Shown here in pieces: positions 63,151 to 64,000 of a stretch of DNA of 64,000 nucleotides. The DNA is from Blasia pusilla (Eukaryota): NCBI GenBank assembly GCA_050084515.1, contig CM114271.1, positions 25,110,001 to 25,174,000 on the forward strand, read 5' to 3'. Position 1 is the first letter of the stretch. Each line of letters opens with the position of its first letter. The notes below the pieces were generated by a model that saw only the letters and a program-made list of their open reading frames with translations, did not search any database and was not told the DNA's origin. A program made the translations under genes and the position numbers.

Positions 63151-64000
63151 CCCCTACCCTCTCCCAAGCTCTTTCCATGGTAACCTATGCTCCCAAGTCG
63201 CCTCCTAAGCTCTTGACCTGATGTAGGAGGTTAAAGGCCACTTAACAAAAATAGAAAATCGATCATATATTCAAAATGATATTCACCTAAAATAGTAAGT
63301 TTCTCAATATGACTCCAAATGAACCGAAACGAAAGAAAAACATGTTCTCTCAGATTTCCCGCGGCCTCAATAGGTCATCCTCCACCTATTGAATCTATCT
63401 TCCACTATTCACAAAGGTGCTCTACTAGATCTCACCAATCTATCCTAAAAAACGTGACACTCATCTCGTGATCGACCACTTCGTCCCGCAAATTGCACGG
63501 ATAACTGGCTCATCCAACCGTCACCTGACCGCCACCCTTGCCCATAAGCAAGCTGTCTCCTCTCAAAAATCAAGGATGAATGATAGGGATATCCTTCGTA
63601 CTTCTAATAAAATCTTAGGGAAAGGTGGCTATGAGTGTTTCTTTCCCTATGCATAGAGGGGACCTTGGCACTCAACATCCAGTAGTAACCACCAACAATT
63701 TTGACACCAAATGTTCACAACTTGACTCCAATTTTAACACTTTCCTCAAACCTAATCCGACAGCTCCGCAAGGATTACGAAGTCGACCGTCTTCTTTCCC
63801 AAACGGGAATTCAATTTTCACTATTTCCATAGCTTTTATGTAGAGACAGTCTTCCAACAACGCTTGTTTTATTGGAATGCTTGTAAAGGAATCAGAAATC
63901 CCGTTTGCACCTCAAATACCCTTCTTTCAAGTTTCGTTCTTTCCAAATAATAACCGCCCGACTGTCGGAGCGTACTTGTATCATTCAAAACCACTTAGAA

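Larger units (their letters stand above)
44060..63459 (-). mobile_element. DNMT-carrying Gypsy retrotransposon, family B, ~9.7 kb net of nested insert, architecture A-internal-B with no repeated LTR
   Basis: Minus-strand termini TGTCACG (63459) and CGCACGACA (44060), TSD CTCA at 44056-44059 and 63460-63463. A ~62961-63459, B 44060-44186, PPT 44187-44196. Confidence 0.88.

Noticed and set aside
63561-64000. Short ORFs at the window end
   Set aside because: No recognisable motifs; cannot be assigned from this window.

Overview
This is eukaryotic, transposon-saturated DNA, most likely from a non-seed land plant or streptophyte. That host is inferred from spliceosomal introns and CACTA, Mutator and Gypsy content; no intact host gene is visible. 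Positions 3.3-21.7 kb hold fragments of a giant Mutator-like DNA transposon. It carries a spliced GCM-like/DDE/SWIM transposase and, divergently, a spliced ParB-like + beta-class (N6A/N4C) DNA methyltransferase gene. Its introns and intergenic DNA are packed with a 27-29 bp palindrome. Positions 21.7-63.6 kb are a nested stack of at least six copies or fragments of two related Gypsy families with the order gag-protease-DNMT3-like C5 methyltransferase-RT-RNaseH-integrase-PHD. The most striking observation is that these Gypsy elements are circularly permuted. Their integrated ends (TGTCA...CACGACA, 4-bp TSD) lie inside the LTR, at a CACGACA-NN-TGTCA site. This gives A-internal-B-A-B and A-internal-B architectures, as predicted for integration of 2-LTR and 1-LTR circles. 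They also appear to self-prime reverse transcription, Tf1-style. Two solo LTRs, two CACTA right ends and several tandem repeats are also present. All coding regions are disrupted in this assembly, some probably by sequencing error. Domain calls are by eye from motifs; no searches were run.
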